Of a stretch of 64,000 bases of DNA, positions 37,627-47,937 are shown piece by piece. Location of the stretch: the sequence record MN781580; one strand, given 5' to 3'. The stretch comes from Shigella phage KRT47. Position numbers and translations under genes: made by a program. The notes beneath the pieces are model-generated. The model had not been told where the DNA came from and did not search any database. It worked only from the letters and a program-made list of their open reading frames with translations. Positions within the stretch are counted from its first letter, which is position 1, and every line of letters begins with the position of its first letter.

Positions 37627-37716
37627 TGGCGGAGGCGATAGGATTTGAACCTATGAGTCGCCGGAGCGACTGCCGGTTTTCAAGACCGGTGCATTAAACC
37701 ACTCTGCCACGCCTCC
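37627..37716 (-). tRNA. tRNA-Ser (anticodon TGA), long variable arm
   Basis: 90-nt type II structure; anticodon stem CCGGT/ACCGG with loop CTTGAAA; variable-arm hairpin GTCGC/GCGAC. Confidence 0.85.
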
Positions 37717-37718
37717 AG

Positions 37719-37792
37719 TCTCCATACAAGGATTTGAACCTTGGACCTCCTGATCCCAAATCAGGCGCTCTACCAAACTGAGCTACACGGAG
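37719..37792 (-). tRNA. tRNA-Pro (anticodon TGG), CCA not encoded
   Basis: 74-nt cloverleaf; anticodon loop TTTGGGA; 3' end abuts tRNA-Ser (dimeric precursor arrangement). Confidence 0.8.
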
Positions 37793-37802
37793 TAAATTAA
37801 AT

Positions 37803-37876
<74 letters not shown>

Positions 37877-37881
37877 AAATT

Positions 37882-37968
37882 TGGTGCGAGAAGTGGGACT
37901 CGAACCCACAAGGAAATCATTCCGCAGCATTTTAAGTGCTGTGCCTTTACCAATTTGACCATTCTCGC
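37882..37968 (-). tRNA. tRNA-Leu (anticodon TAA), long variable arm
   Basis: 87-nt type II structure; anticodon stem CAGCA/TGCTG with loop CTTAAAA; CCA encoded. Confidence 0.85.
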
Positions 37969-37969
37969 G

Positions 37970-38042
37970 CTGGGAATAAAGGACTCGAACCTTTGCATCC
38001 TGGAATCAAAATCCAGTGCCTTACCAACTTGGCTAATTCCCA
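37970..38042 (-). tRNA. tRNA-Gln (anticodon TTG), CCA not encoded
   Basis: 73-nt cloverleaf starting with U1-A72 pair; anticodon stem CTGGA/TCCAG with loop TTTTGAT; abuts tRNA-Leu. Confidence 0.8.
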
Positions 38043-38139
38043 ATTATTAACAAAGGCTCTCAAGCAAGAACCCTTGATGATAGAGGGTATTAATCAGTGC
38101 GATATGAGTTAATAATAACAAATAATTCTTAAAGCATAT

Positions 38140-38427
38140 TTACCATTTATGATAATACATATTTACGATGCATTCAAGACCCAAAGGATTCTTGAAAATA
38201 TCATATTCAAGAGGACCTTTTTCTGTTTCAATAAAGAAATCAAAATTTACTGTATTAAATTTACGGTCTTCCTTCACTAATTTAACTTGAGAAGATGAAC
38301 GGTCAATGTAAACCTTTTCAACTTCAAAATATGTTAAAATGCCATAATCATCAATCAAGGCTTTAGCCGCGTCTTGATCATATTTATATCCATTTTCAAT
38401 GGATGATACTTTCGCATAAAGAATCAT
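38140..38427 (-). CDS. hypothetical protein
   Basis: 95-aa ORF. Confidence 0.6.
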   Translation of the reverse strand: MILYAKVSSIENGYKYDQDAAKALIDDYGILTYFEVEKVYIDRSSSQVKLVKEDRKFNTVNFDFFIETEKGPLEYDIFKNPLGLECIVNMYYHKW

Positions 38428-38429
38428 TA

Positions 38430-38813
38430 TCAGCCTTCATCAACAATAGTATGAGTATGGGCATTTACAATTTGCCACCAGTCAAAACGATTAGAACCAT
38501 ACATCGGTTTATTTTCATTTTCTTTAATAATATCACGAAGTTCATCTTCGGTAGCGGCTTTCGCGATTAAATCAGCATATCCACCACGAGGATAATAATT
38601 ATCACCTGCAAAAAGTAAAAAGTTTGGTTTAATATTATTGAACTCTTCAAGAGTAATAACTTTTCCTGATGGTAGTTGAACAATCTCTACATATTTATAT
38701 CCTAATTTTTGAGCAGCATCTACTGCTTCAAGCAAAGTATCATGAGCCCATCCAATTTGACAACCTGGCTTTTCAGATGGATTAGCCTGATAATCCGCAT
38801 ACACTTTATACAT
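38430..38813 (-). CDS. hypothetical protein
   Basis: start at MYKVYADYQ Met with AAAGGTGA RBS. Confidence 0.6.
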   Translation of the reverse strand: MYKVYADYQANPSEKPGCQIGWAHDTLLEAVDAAQKLGYKYVEIVQLPSGKVITLEEFNNIKPNFLLFAGDNYYPRGGYADLIAKAATEDELRDIIKENENKPMYGSNRFDWWQIVNAHTHTIVDEG

Positions 38814-38814
38814 T

Positions 38815-39000
38815 CTATTCACCTTTAGAAATTTTATCCATAACGATAGCAATTAAACCAATTAAAAATGCTACTACAAGTGAAAACACATTTTCTGCTG
38901 TAGTTAATAATCCACATATAAATCCAACAAACATTGAAAAACTAAAAGCAGAAGCAGAAATTGCAATAGCAACATTTCGAATTAATTCACAGCGTTTCAT
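38815..39000 (-). CDS. small membrane protein
   Basis: 61 aa, two hydrophobic helices; preceded by GAGGAG RBS and an early promoter. Confidence 0.6.
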   Translation of the reverse strand: MKRCELIRNVAIAISASAFSFSMFVGFICGLLTTAENVFSLVVAFLIGLIAIVMDKISKGE

Positions 39001-39028
39001 TTTATTCTCCTCAGTAGTTGATAGGGTA

Positions 39029-39058
39029 ATAGTATCACAACTAAAACCCTATGTAAAC
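39029..39058 (-). promoter_or_regulatory. early promoter within a repeated cassette
   Basis: minus strand GTTTAC, 18 nt, TACTAT. Confidence 0.65.
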
Positions 39059-39070
39059 AACTTTGTGAAA

Positions 39071-39328
39071 TTATTTTAAATCTTCTAATCGTTTCTTCAT
39101 CTTAGAACCATTTTTAGCAATTTCTCCTGCATCGGAGCATAACGCTAAAAGTGCTTTAACTTTAGTTTGGTCTCCTTTAAAAGACGAAGGATCGACTGCA
39201 GCAGCAAGTTCTTTAATACGAGAGAAAAGACGCTCAGCTTCAGCTAAAGCCATTCCAAGCTTTACTTCCATACCGTGAGAAGATTCAGTGATAGTAGTTT
39301 TTGTAGCAAACTCTTTGAAAGTTTTCAT
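39071..39328 (-). CDS. internal-protein-like small protein (divergent capsid-targeting sequence)
   Basis: 85 aa; N-terminus MKTFKEFATKTTITE; located where T4 ipI sits next to 57B. Confidence 0.6.
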   Translation of the reverse strand: MKTFKEFATKTTITESSHGMEVKLGMALAEAERLFSRIKELAAAVDPSSFKGDQTKVKALLALCSDAGEIAKNGSKMKKRLEDLK

Positions 39329-39358
39329 TTTATTTTCCTAATTAATTTTGATGAGATA

Positions 39359-39388
39359 ATAGTATCACTACCTCATCAGCATGTAAAC
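39359..39388 (-). promoter_or_regulatory. early promoter within a repeated cassette
   Basis: minus strand GTTTAC, 18 nt, TACTAT; near-identical to the cassette at 39029-39058. Confidence 0.65.
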
Positions 39389-39400
39389 AACTTTGTGAAA

Positions 39401-40097
<697 letters not shown>

Positions 40098-40098
<1 letters not shown>

Positions 40099-40811
40099 TA
40101 TAGTACCTTTAGTGTATTTTTAATTTTAGAAAAAAGTTCTTCAAGAGAACCATCGTTTGTAATTACTAAATCGCCATCACGAATTGGCAATCCAGCTTCT
40201 GTAATATGAGTATCATTGGATTTTTGACCAGGACGAACTACATGAATTACTGTAGCACCCATCGCCCTAGCCGCATCCATTTCATGATCTTGACGAGTAT
40301 CAGGAACGATATAATAATCATAACCTGAGTTAAATTTATCAAGATAATCTAAAGCAAATAATTTTACCCAATACATGCGGTCGAAGTTATTAACAATCAA
40401 ATCCGTACCTAGGGCTTGCATCAGACGACGGACTGACCATTGATCTTCAATATTATTTATAACGTCAGCAATCTTGTTAAATGCTACGAAATTAACTGCG
40501 TCATCAAAAACAAACACACCTTTAATTGGGCTTTTACTATTAAGATAGCAAAATGCTTGTTCCATAATCGTAATTACTTCTAATTTAGTCAGATTTAAAT
40601 TAGTTTCACGATCATAGTCAATTCCTTCAAACTCTTTACGAGTTAAACAAGGATAGTCAGTGTTTGCTGCAAATACACCCCATGCATAAGCCAATGCATC
40701 CTTAATAGGACCAGCAAGTTGATATTTAACTGCAGAATAATTATTCATAATAAAATCTGCAGTAGTATCTTTTCCACTACGCTTTACACCACTTAAAAAG
40801 ATTAGTTTCAT
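40098..40811 (-). CDS. 1: deoxynucleoside monophosphate kinase gp1
   Basis: 237 aa; P-loop GVKRSGKDT near N-terminus. Confidence 0.88.
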
Positions 40812-40860
40812 ATGTTTCTCCTCAAATTTAGTTAAGATTATAACACATGAAACTGAAGCA

Positions 40861-41391
40861 TTAAACTTCTGCTATAATTTTTCCATCTTTTTCTACTTGA
40901 AAATACGTATAAGGAATCGTTGCTGTGCATACTAAGGCTGGGTCTGAATCTTCCGTGTAGCTAAATTCTACTTCAGAGAGGTCAGAAACCCAAGGCTTAT
41001 AAAAGTTTATTGACATCACGATTTCAGTTTTACTATTATCTAAAATGTAAAGCGTAATGTATTCAGGACCTGTTTTTTGGGCAGTATTTTCACCTGTAAG
41101 ATAGTTACTAGTTCCTAGCATCCATTCATACATTCCTATCCACGACTTAAGCTCTTCGTCAACTATAAATCTCACGATGAGTGGATCGTACTCAAATGTA
41201 ACTCCTGGACGTTGTGCTCGGCCTAGTCCAAACGGCCCAGTCACGGTATCAGTAACAGGTATTCTAATTCCTGGAATAGGAACTGACTGAGCATTTAAAG
41301 TAAAAGCAGATGTAGTACTACTATGTGGTATTGATACTACAAAGTTAGTTGTATTTGCTTGGTTAAAAATTTGTTGCAGTGCTTGCGACAT
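40861..41391 (-). CDS. 3: tail completion / sheath stabiliser gp3
   Basis: start at MSQALQQIF Met (GAGGAA RBS) gives 176 aa, the recalled T4 gp3 length. Confidence 0.75.
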   Translation of the reverse strand: MSQALQQIFNQANTTNFVVSIPHSSTTSAFTLNAQSVPIPGIRIPVTDTVTGPFGLGRAQRPGVTFEYDPLIVRFIVDEELKSWIGMYEWMLGTSNYLTGENTAQKTGPEYITLYILDNSKTEIVMSINFYKPWVSDLSEVEFSYTEDSDPALVCTATIPYTYFQVEKDGKIIAEV

Positions 41392-41497
41392 ATATTCCTC
41401 ATAATGCTTTATAAATGTTGGTGGTATAATGGGTCTAAGTCCCTTCCATTCAATTCCATTTAGAACAAACAACAGAAAAGAATGGAAGATAATAGAA

Positions 41498-42322
41498 TTA
41501 AATATTTGACCAGACTTTGTTTGCAGAGAAACGTTTTCCTTTTGAAACGAACTGCTGAAGTGGCATCAACACAACGTTCGCCCAGTCTTTCGGGGCGATT
41601 TCAACAAGGCTACCCATGATATTACCAGGTATATATGCCTTAATCATTTGGTCTGCACCCCTAAATCCTTTCACTTGACTCCAATCAATTTTTAATTTCG
41701 TTTTATTAGTAATAGTAGGTGTATTTGAATATTGCTTTAAAAGCTCTTCTAGAAATTGCTGACGAGCTTTAGGTGGAATATAGTGCAAGTTCAATCCGTA
41801 CATTAAATTATGTTTACCTAAACCAAGATAAATTATCAAAGGAAATTTATCCCAGTAAGGAAGAGTTTCCTTGTGTTTAGCATCATAAGCAAAAGCATAT
41901 ATTCGTCCCGGCTGCGGGCGAACAACTTTATGTCCTTTTACTTGCTTAATAGTTTCAGCAAACCACTTTCTGGTTTTATTATTAATTGCTGCACCTTCAT
42001 TACGAATTTTATCACGCAATGTTTGCCTGAATGAATTTATCATAAGCAGTTGTCTTTCTTGCTTATTGAGTTTATTCATTGGTTTTGATTCAAGCTTTTG
42101 AATCTTTTCAGCCGTTTTAATTCCTGAAGCATATTTTGACATTGCCGAAGTAAACGTAGAGTATTTGATTCCTCTTTCTTCGGCAAATTGCTTTCCTGTC
42201 ATTCCTTTTGCTTTGGCCTTTTTGTATTCAAGACCTATCTGAATCCATTTCTTTTCGTTTAATGATTGCTTAACCTTTGGAACTTGGGGAGTGCTTTCAT
42301 TAATTATTTGAAAAATAGCCAT
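41498..42322 (-). CDS. 2: DNA end protector gp2
   Basis: 274 aa, basic; length and position match T4 gp2. Confidence 0.8.
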   Translation of the reverse strand: MAIFQIINESTPQVPKVKQSLNEKKWIQIGLEYKKAKAKGMTGKQFAEERGIKYSTFTSAMSKYASGIKTAEKIQKLESKPMNKLNKQERQLLMINSFRQTLRDKIRNEGAAINNKTRKWFAETIKQVKGHKVVRPQPGRIYAFAYDAKHKETLPYWDKFPLIIYLGLGKHNLMYGLNLHYIPPKARQQFLEELLKQYSNTPTITNKTKLKIDWSQVKGFRGADQMIKAYIPGNIMGSLVEIAPKDWANVVLMPLQQFVSKGKRFSANKVWSNI

Positions 42323-42774
42323 TATGCCCCCTTAAAGCCAAGAGCTCGTAATCCATCTTCTGTTAGAATTCTAAATTTTATTCCACGCTTTTCAGCTAAA
42401 GCTTGCGCTGCTTTCCATTTGTCAGTATTAACGGAATATGTATAAATTTCATTCATAAATCTTTTCTTCGCTGCAGTTGTTAGATGTGCCGGTTTAACTG
42501 GTGGTTGTGTTTCTTTTTTAGGTTTTATTTCAATAAAAAATTCTTGTCCAGAAGAATCTTTCATCCAAATATCCATGAAGTATCTACGTTTTTTCCCTTC
42601 TGCATTACAAAAATAAGGAATTACTGCTGTTTCACTACCCCATGTAATAATTTCTGGATTTTTATCTAACCATTCAAAAAAGAATTTTTCCCAATTTGAT
42701 CTATACGTAATTTTTTTAGGGTCACCTCTATATTTTGATATATTTTTAGGAACCCATTTTCCAGAATATGCCAT
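42322..42774 (-). CDS. 4: head completion protein gp4
   Basis: 150 aa; length and position match T4 gp4. Confidence 0.8.
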   Translation of the reverse strand: MAYSGKWVPKNISKYRGDPKKITYRSNWEKFFFEWLDKNPEIITWGSETAVIPYFCNAEGKKRRYFMDIWMKDSSGQEFFIEIKPKKETQPPVKPAHLTTAAKKRFMNEIYTYSVNTDKWKAAQALAEKRGIKFRILTEDGLRALGFKGA

Positions 42775-42785
42775 TGGATTCTCCT

Positions 42786-42793
42786 TATAAATA
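42786..42793 (+). promoter_or_regulatory. late promoter (TATAAATA) for gene 53
   Basis: plus-strand TATAAATA 29 nt upstream of the gp53 ATG. Confidence 0.65.
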
Positions 42794-42800
42794 GATAATA

Positions 42801-42808
42801 TATTTATA
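42801..42808 (-). promoter_or_regulatory. late promoter (TATAAATA) for gene 4
   Basis: minus-strand TATAAATA 27 nt upstream of the gp4 ATG; divergent from the gene 53 promoter. Confidence 0.6.
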
Positions 42809-42821
42809 AACAGGAGGGCCC

Positions 42822-43412
42822 ATGCTCTTTACATTTTTTGATCCGATTGAATATGCGGCCAAAACGGTGAATAAAAACGCGCCGACTATTCCTATGACAG
42901 ATATTTTTAGAAACTATAAAGACTATTTCAAACGTGCTCTTGCGGGATACCGCTTACGTACTTATTATATTAAAGGTTCACCACGCCCGGAAGAATTAGC
43001 AAATGCTATATATGGAAATCCGCAGTTGTATTGGGTTTTATTGATGTGTAATGATAATTATGATCCGTATTATGGATGGATTACTTCGCAAGAAGCTGCT
43101 TATCAAGCATCTATACAAAAATACAAAAACGTAGGTGGAGACCAAATAGTATATCATGTGAATGAGAACGGTGAAAAATTTTATAATTTAATATCATACG
43201 ATGATAATCCATATGTTTGGTATGACAAAGGCGATAAAGCTAGAAAATATCCTCAATATGAAGGAGCACTTGCCGCTGTCGATACGTATGAAGCTGCTGT
43301 TCTTGAAAATGAAAAACTTCGTCAAATAAAAATAATAGCAAAATCAGACATCAATTCATTTATGAACGACCTTATACGTATAATGGAGAAATCTTATGGA
43401 AATGATAAGTAA
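42822..43412 (+). CDS. 53: baseplate wedge protein gp53
   Basis: 196 aa, first plus-strand gene of the late module. Confidence 0.85.
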   Translation: MLFTFFDPIEYAAKTVNKNAPTIPMTDIFRNYKDYFKRALAGYRLRTYYIKGSPRPEELANAIYGNPQLYWVLLMCNDNYDPYYGWITSQEAAYQASIQKYKNVGGDQIVYHVNENGEKFYNLISYDDNPYVWYDKGDKARKYPQYEGALAAVDTYEAAVLENEKLRQIKIIAKSDINSFMNDLIRIMEKSYGNDK

Positions 43413-45123
43413 TAACCTTAATTGGTTTGTTGGTGTTGTTGAAGATAGAATGGACCCATTAAAATTAGGTCGTGTTCGTGTTCGTGTAGTTGGTCTGCAT
43501 CCACCTCAAAGAGCACAAGGCGACGTAATGGGTATTCCAACTGAAAAATTACCATGGATGTCAGTTATTCAACCTATAACTTCTGCAGCAATGTCAGGAA
43601 TTGGAGGTTCTGTTACTGGACCGGTAGAAGGAACTAGAGTTTATGGTCATTTTTTAGACAAATGGAAAACTAACGGAATTGTCCTTGGCACGTATGGTGG
43701 AATAGTTCGCGAAAAACCGAATAGACTTGAAGGATTTTCTGACCCAACTGGGCAATATCCTAGACGTTTAGGAAATGATACTAACGTATTAAACCAAGGC
43801 GGAGAAGTAGGATATGATTCGTCTTCTAATATTATCCAAGATAGTAATCTAGATACTGCGATAAATCCCGATGATAGACCACTATCAGAAATTCCAACTG
43901 ATGATAATCCAAATATGTCAATGGCTGAAATGCTTCGTCGTGATGAAGGATTAAGACTAAAAGTTTATTGGGATACTGAAGGATATCCGACAATTGGCAT
44001 TGGTCATCTTATCATGAAGCAGCCAGTTCGTGATATGACTCAAATTAATAAAGTTTTATCAAAACAAGTTGGTCGTGAAATTACCGGAAATCCAGGTTCT
44101 ATTACAATGGAAGAAGCGGTAACTTTATTTGAACGTGATTTGGCTGATATGCAACGCGACATTAAATCACATTCTAAAGTTGGCCCAGTTTGGCAAGCAG
44201 TTAATCGTTCTCGTCAAATGGCATTAGAAAATATGGCATTTCAGATGGGTGTTGGCGGTGTAGCTAAATTTAACACAATGTTAACTGCTATGTTAGCCGG
44301 AGATTGGGAAAAAGCATATAAAGCTGGTCGTGATTCATTGTGGTATCAACAAACAAAAGGCCGTGCATCCCGTGTTACCATGATTATTCTTACGGGTAAT
44401 TTGGAATCATACGGTATTGAAGTGAAAACACCGGCTAGGTCTTTGTCAGCAATGGCTGCTGCTGTAGCAAAGTCTTCTGATCCAGCTGACCCTCCTATTC
44501 CGAATGATTCGAGAATTTTATTTAAAGAACCTGTTTCTTCATATAAAGGTGAATATCCGTATGTTCACACAATGGAAACTGAAAGCGGTCATATTCAGGA
44601 ATTTGACGATACCCCGGGACAAGAACGATACAGATTAGTTCATCCGACTGGAACATATGAGGAAGTATCACCGTCAGGAAGAAGAACAAGAAAAACTGTT
44701 GATAATTTGTATGATATAACAAATGCTGATGGTAATTTTTTGGTAGCTGGCGATAAAAAGACTAACGTCGGTGGATCAGAAATTTATTACAACATGGATA
44801 ATCGTCTTCACCAAATAGATGGAAGCAATACGATATTTGTGCGTGGCGATGAAACTAAGACGGTTGAAGGTAATGGAACTCTCCTAGTCAAAGGTAATGT
44901 TACTATTGTAGTTGAAGGTAATGCTGACATTACAGTTAAAGGAGATGCTACCACTTTAGTTGAAGGAAATCAGACTAATACAGTAAATGGAAATCTTTCT
45001 TGGAAAGTTGCTGGGACAGTTGATTGGGACGTTGGTGGTGATTGGACAGAAAAAATGGCATCTATGAGTTCTATTTCATCTGGTCAATACACAATTGATG
45101 GATCGAGGATTGACATTGGCTAA
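43396..45123 (+). CDS. 5: baseplate hub / cell-puncturing protein gp5 with lysozyme domain
   Basis: 575 aa; internal lysozyme domain (MLRRDEGLRLKVYWDTEGYPTIGIGHL); C-terminal VxGxxxxxV beta-helix repeats. Confidence 0.93.
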   Translation: MEMISNNLNWFVGVVEDRMDPLKLGRVRVRVVGLHPPQRAQGDVMGIPTEKLPWMSVIQPITSAAMSGIGGSVTGPVEGTRVYGHFLDKWKTNGIVLGTYGGIVREKPNRLEGFSDPTGQYPRRLGNDTNVLNQGGEVGYDSSSNIIQDSNLDTAINPDDRPLSEIPTDDNPNMSMAEMLRRDEGLRLKVYWDTEGYPTIGIGHLIMKQPVRDMTQINKVLSKQVGREITGNPGSITMEEAVTLFERDLADMQRDIKSHSKVGPVWQAVNRSRQMALENMAFQMGVGGVAKFNTMLTAMLAGDWEKAYKAGRDSLWYQQTKGRASRVTMIILTGNLESYGIEVKTPARSLSAMAAAVAKSSDPADPPIPNDSRILFKEPVSSYKGEYPYVHTMETESGHIQEFDDTPGQERYRLVHPTGTYEEVSPSGRRTRKTVDNLYDITNADGNFLVAGDKKTNVGGSEIYYNMDNRLHQIDGSNTIFVRGDETKTVEGNGTLLVKGNVTIVVEGNADITVKGDATTLVEGNQTNTVNGNLSWKVAGTVDWDVGGDWTEKMASMSSISSGQYTIDGSRIDIG

Positions 45124-45157
45124 TATACTTCCAATGAGCGCTGATTTAGGAGAATCC

Positions 45158-45652
45158 ATGGAAGGTTCTTCTATCGACGTCACCTTTACTGCTCAATTAG
45201 AAACAGGTGAAACGTTAGTATCTATAAATATAACTAGTTACGAAGAAACTCCTGGGGTTTTAGTAGAAGAAAATCGTTTATATGGAACGTATGAATCTGT
45301 ATTTGGATTTGGAAATGATGCGTTGAAATATCGTTTAGATAATGAATTTAAAACTGCTGCTTCATGGGAAGACCTTCCAACTGATTCTAATACTCAGTTA
45401 TATTTATGGAAAGCTCCTCAAAACCTCCAGAAGACATTCACTTACGAAGTAACATTAATATATGACTACCAAGAACAAGGTGAATCTGGAGGTTCTGGCA
45501 GTAATTCTAGGTCATCTTCTGATACTACTGAACCAACGAATCCTCCAGCTCCAATAAGAAAAACTCTTGTTAAAAATTACACAAAAACTATAGTTGGAAA
45601 TTGGAGTCGTTGGGCTAATAAATTGAGAAGCTATGTGTATGAGAGGCCATAA
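45158..45652 (+). CDS. baseplate-associated protein gp5.1
   Basis: start chosen at MEGSSIDV Met with AGGAG RBS; ORF-track version starts at 45095 inside gp5. Confidence 0.6.
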
Positions 45653-45946
45653 ATGTCAGGATTAAGTTATGATAAGTGTGTTACTGCCGGCCATGAAGCA
45701 TGGCCTCCAACAGTTGTGAATGCTACACAAAGTAAAGTATTCACTGGAGGAATTGCTGTTCTCGTAGCAGGTGATCCAATTACAGAACATACAGAAATTA
45801 AAAAGCCATATGAAACACATGGCGGAGTGACACAACCTAGAACTTCTAAGGTATATGTCACTGGAAAGAAAGCTGTTCAAATGGCTGATCCAATATCATG
45901 CGGTGATACTGTGGCTCAGGCATCATCTAAAGTATTCATTAAATAG
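45653..45946 (+). CDS. spike-tip protein gp5.4 (PAAR-like)
   Basis: 97 aa, Gly/Val-rich small protein directly after gp5.1. Confidence 0.75.
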
Positions 45947-45954
45947 GATTTAAA

Positions 45955-47937
45955 ATGGCAAATACCCCTGTAAATTATCAATTAACAAGAACAGCAAATG
46001 CTATTCCCGAGATATTCGTCGGGGGTACATTTGCTGAAATAAAACAAAACCTCATTGAATGGCTTAATGGCCAAAATGAATTTTTGGATTATGATTTTGA
46101 AGGCTCAAGATTAAACGTTCTGTGCGACCTTTTGGCTTATAATACATTGTACATTCAGCAGTTTGGTAATGCTGCCTTGTATGAAAGCTTTATGCGTACT
46201 GCTAATTTGCGTAGTTCAGTAGTTCAAGCTGCACAAGATAATGGATATTTACCTACTTCAAAATCAGCTGCTCAAACTGAAATTATGCTAACTTGTACAG
46301 ATGCATTGAATAGAAATTACATTACTATTCCTCGTGGTACTCGCTTTTTAGCATATGCAAAAGATACTTCCGTTAATCCTTATAACTTTGTATCTACCGA
46401 AGATGTTATTGCTATTCGCGATAAAAATAACCAATATTTTCCGCGTTTAAAATTAGCCCAGGGGCGTATAGTAAGAACTGAAATCATTTATGATAAATTA
46501 ACACCTATTATCATTTATGACAAAAATATAGATAGAAACCAAGTTAAACTGTACGTTGATGGAGCAGAATGGATTAACTGGACAAGAAAGTCAATGGTTC
46601 ATGCTGGTTCTACATCAACAATTTACTACATGCGTGAAACTATTGATGGAAATACTGAGTTTTATTTTGGTGAAGGTGAGATTTCTGTTAATGCGGCAGA
46701 AGGAGCATTGACTGCTAATTATATTGGGGGTCTTAAACCTACCCAGAACTCTACGATTGTTATTGAGTACATCAGTACTAACGGTGCAGATGCGAATGGC
46801 GCAGTCGGATTTTCATATGCAGATACATTAACAAATATAACTGTCATCAACATTAATGAAAATCCAAACGATGATCCAGATTTTGTTGGGGCAGATGGCG
46901 GCGGTGATCCAGAAGATATTGAGCGTATTCGCGAATTGGGTACTATTAAACGCGAAACCCAGCAACGCTGCGTAACTGCGACTGACTATGATACATTCGT
47001 TTCAGAGAGATTTGGTTCTATTATTCAAGCAGTTCAGACTTTCACTGATTCTACTAAACCTGGTTATGCATTTATTGCTGCTAAACCTAAATCGGGACTA
47101 TATTTAACTACTGTACAACGCGAAGATATTAAAAATTATCTCAAAGACTATAATTTAGCTCCTATTACGCCATCAATTATTTCTCCTAATTATCTTTTTA
47201 TTAAGACTAATTTAAAAGTCACATATGCTTTAAATAAGCTGCAAGAATCCGAACAGTGGCTCGAAGGTCAAATAATTGATAAAATTGATCGTTATTATAC
47301 CGAAGATGTAGAAATTTTTAACTCATCTTTCGCTAAATCTAAGATGTTGACATATGTAGATGATGCAGATCATTCTATCATTGGCTCATCAGCGACAATT
47401 CAAATTGTTCGTGAAGTACAAAACTTCTATAAAACGCCTGAAGCAGGTATTAAATACAATAATCAAATAAAAGATCGTTCTATGGAATCTAATACGTTTT
47501 CATTTAATTCTGGACGAAAGGTTGTAAATCCTGATACTAGTTTAGAAGAAGATGTATTATATGACGTTCGCATAGTATCAACAGACCGAGATTCTAAAGG
47601 AATTGGTAAAGTTATTATTGGTCCATTTGCTTCTGGCGATGTTACAGAAAATGAAAACATTCAGCCGTATACAGGCAACGATTTTAACAAATTAGCAAAT
47701 TCTGATGGACGCGACAAATACTATGTTATCGGTGAAATAAATTATCCAGCTGATGTGATTTATTGGAATATCGCTAAAATTAATTTAACATCTGAAAAAT
47801 TTGAAGTTCAGACTATTGAATTATATTCTGACCCAACCGATGATGTTATCTTTACTCGCGATGGTTCACTGATTGTATTTGAAAATGACTTACGTCCACA
47901 ATACTTAACTATCGATTTGGAGCCTATATCACAATGA
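45955..47937 (+). CDS. 6: baseplate wedge protein gp6
   Basis: 660 aa; length and order match T4. Confidence 0.88.
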   Translation: MANTPVNYQLTRTANAIPEIFVGGTFAEIKQNLIEWLNGQNEFLDYDFEGSRLNVLCDLLAYNTLYIQQFGNAALYESFMRTANLRSSVVQAAQDNGYLPTSKSAAQTEIMLTCTDALNRNYITIPRGTRFLAYAKDTSVNPYNFVSTEDVIAIRDKNNQYFPRLKLAQGRIVRTEIIYDKLTPIIIYDKNIDRNQVKLYVDGAEWINWTRKSMVHAGSTSTIYYMRETIDGNTEFYFGEGEISVNAAEGALTANYIGGLKPTQNSTIVIEYISTNGADANGAVGFSYADTLTNITVININENPNDDPDFVGADGGGDPEDIERIRELGTIKRETQQRCVTATDYDTFVSERFGSIIQAVQTFTDSTKPGYAFIAAKPKSGLYLTTVQREDIKNYLKDYNLAPITPSIISPNYLFIKTNLKVTYALNKLQESEQWLEGQIIDKIDRYYTEDVEIFNSSFAKSKMLTYVDDADHSIIGSSATIQIVREVQNFYKTPEAGIKYNNQIKDRSMESNTFSFNSGRKVVNPDTSLEEDVLYDVRIVSTDRDSKGIGKVIIGPFASGDVTENENIQPYTGNDFNKLANSDGRDKYYVIGEINYPADVIYWNIAKINLTSEKFEVQTIELYSDPTDDVIFTRDGSLIVFENDLRPQYLTIDLEPISQ

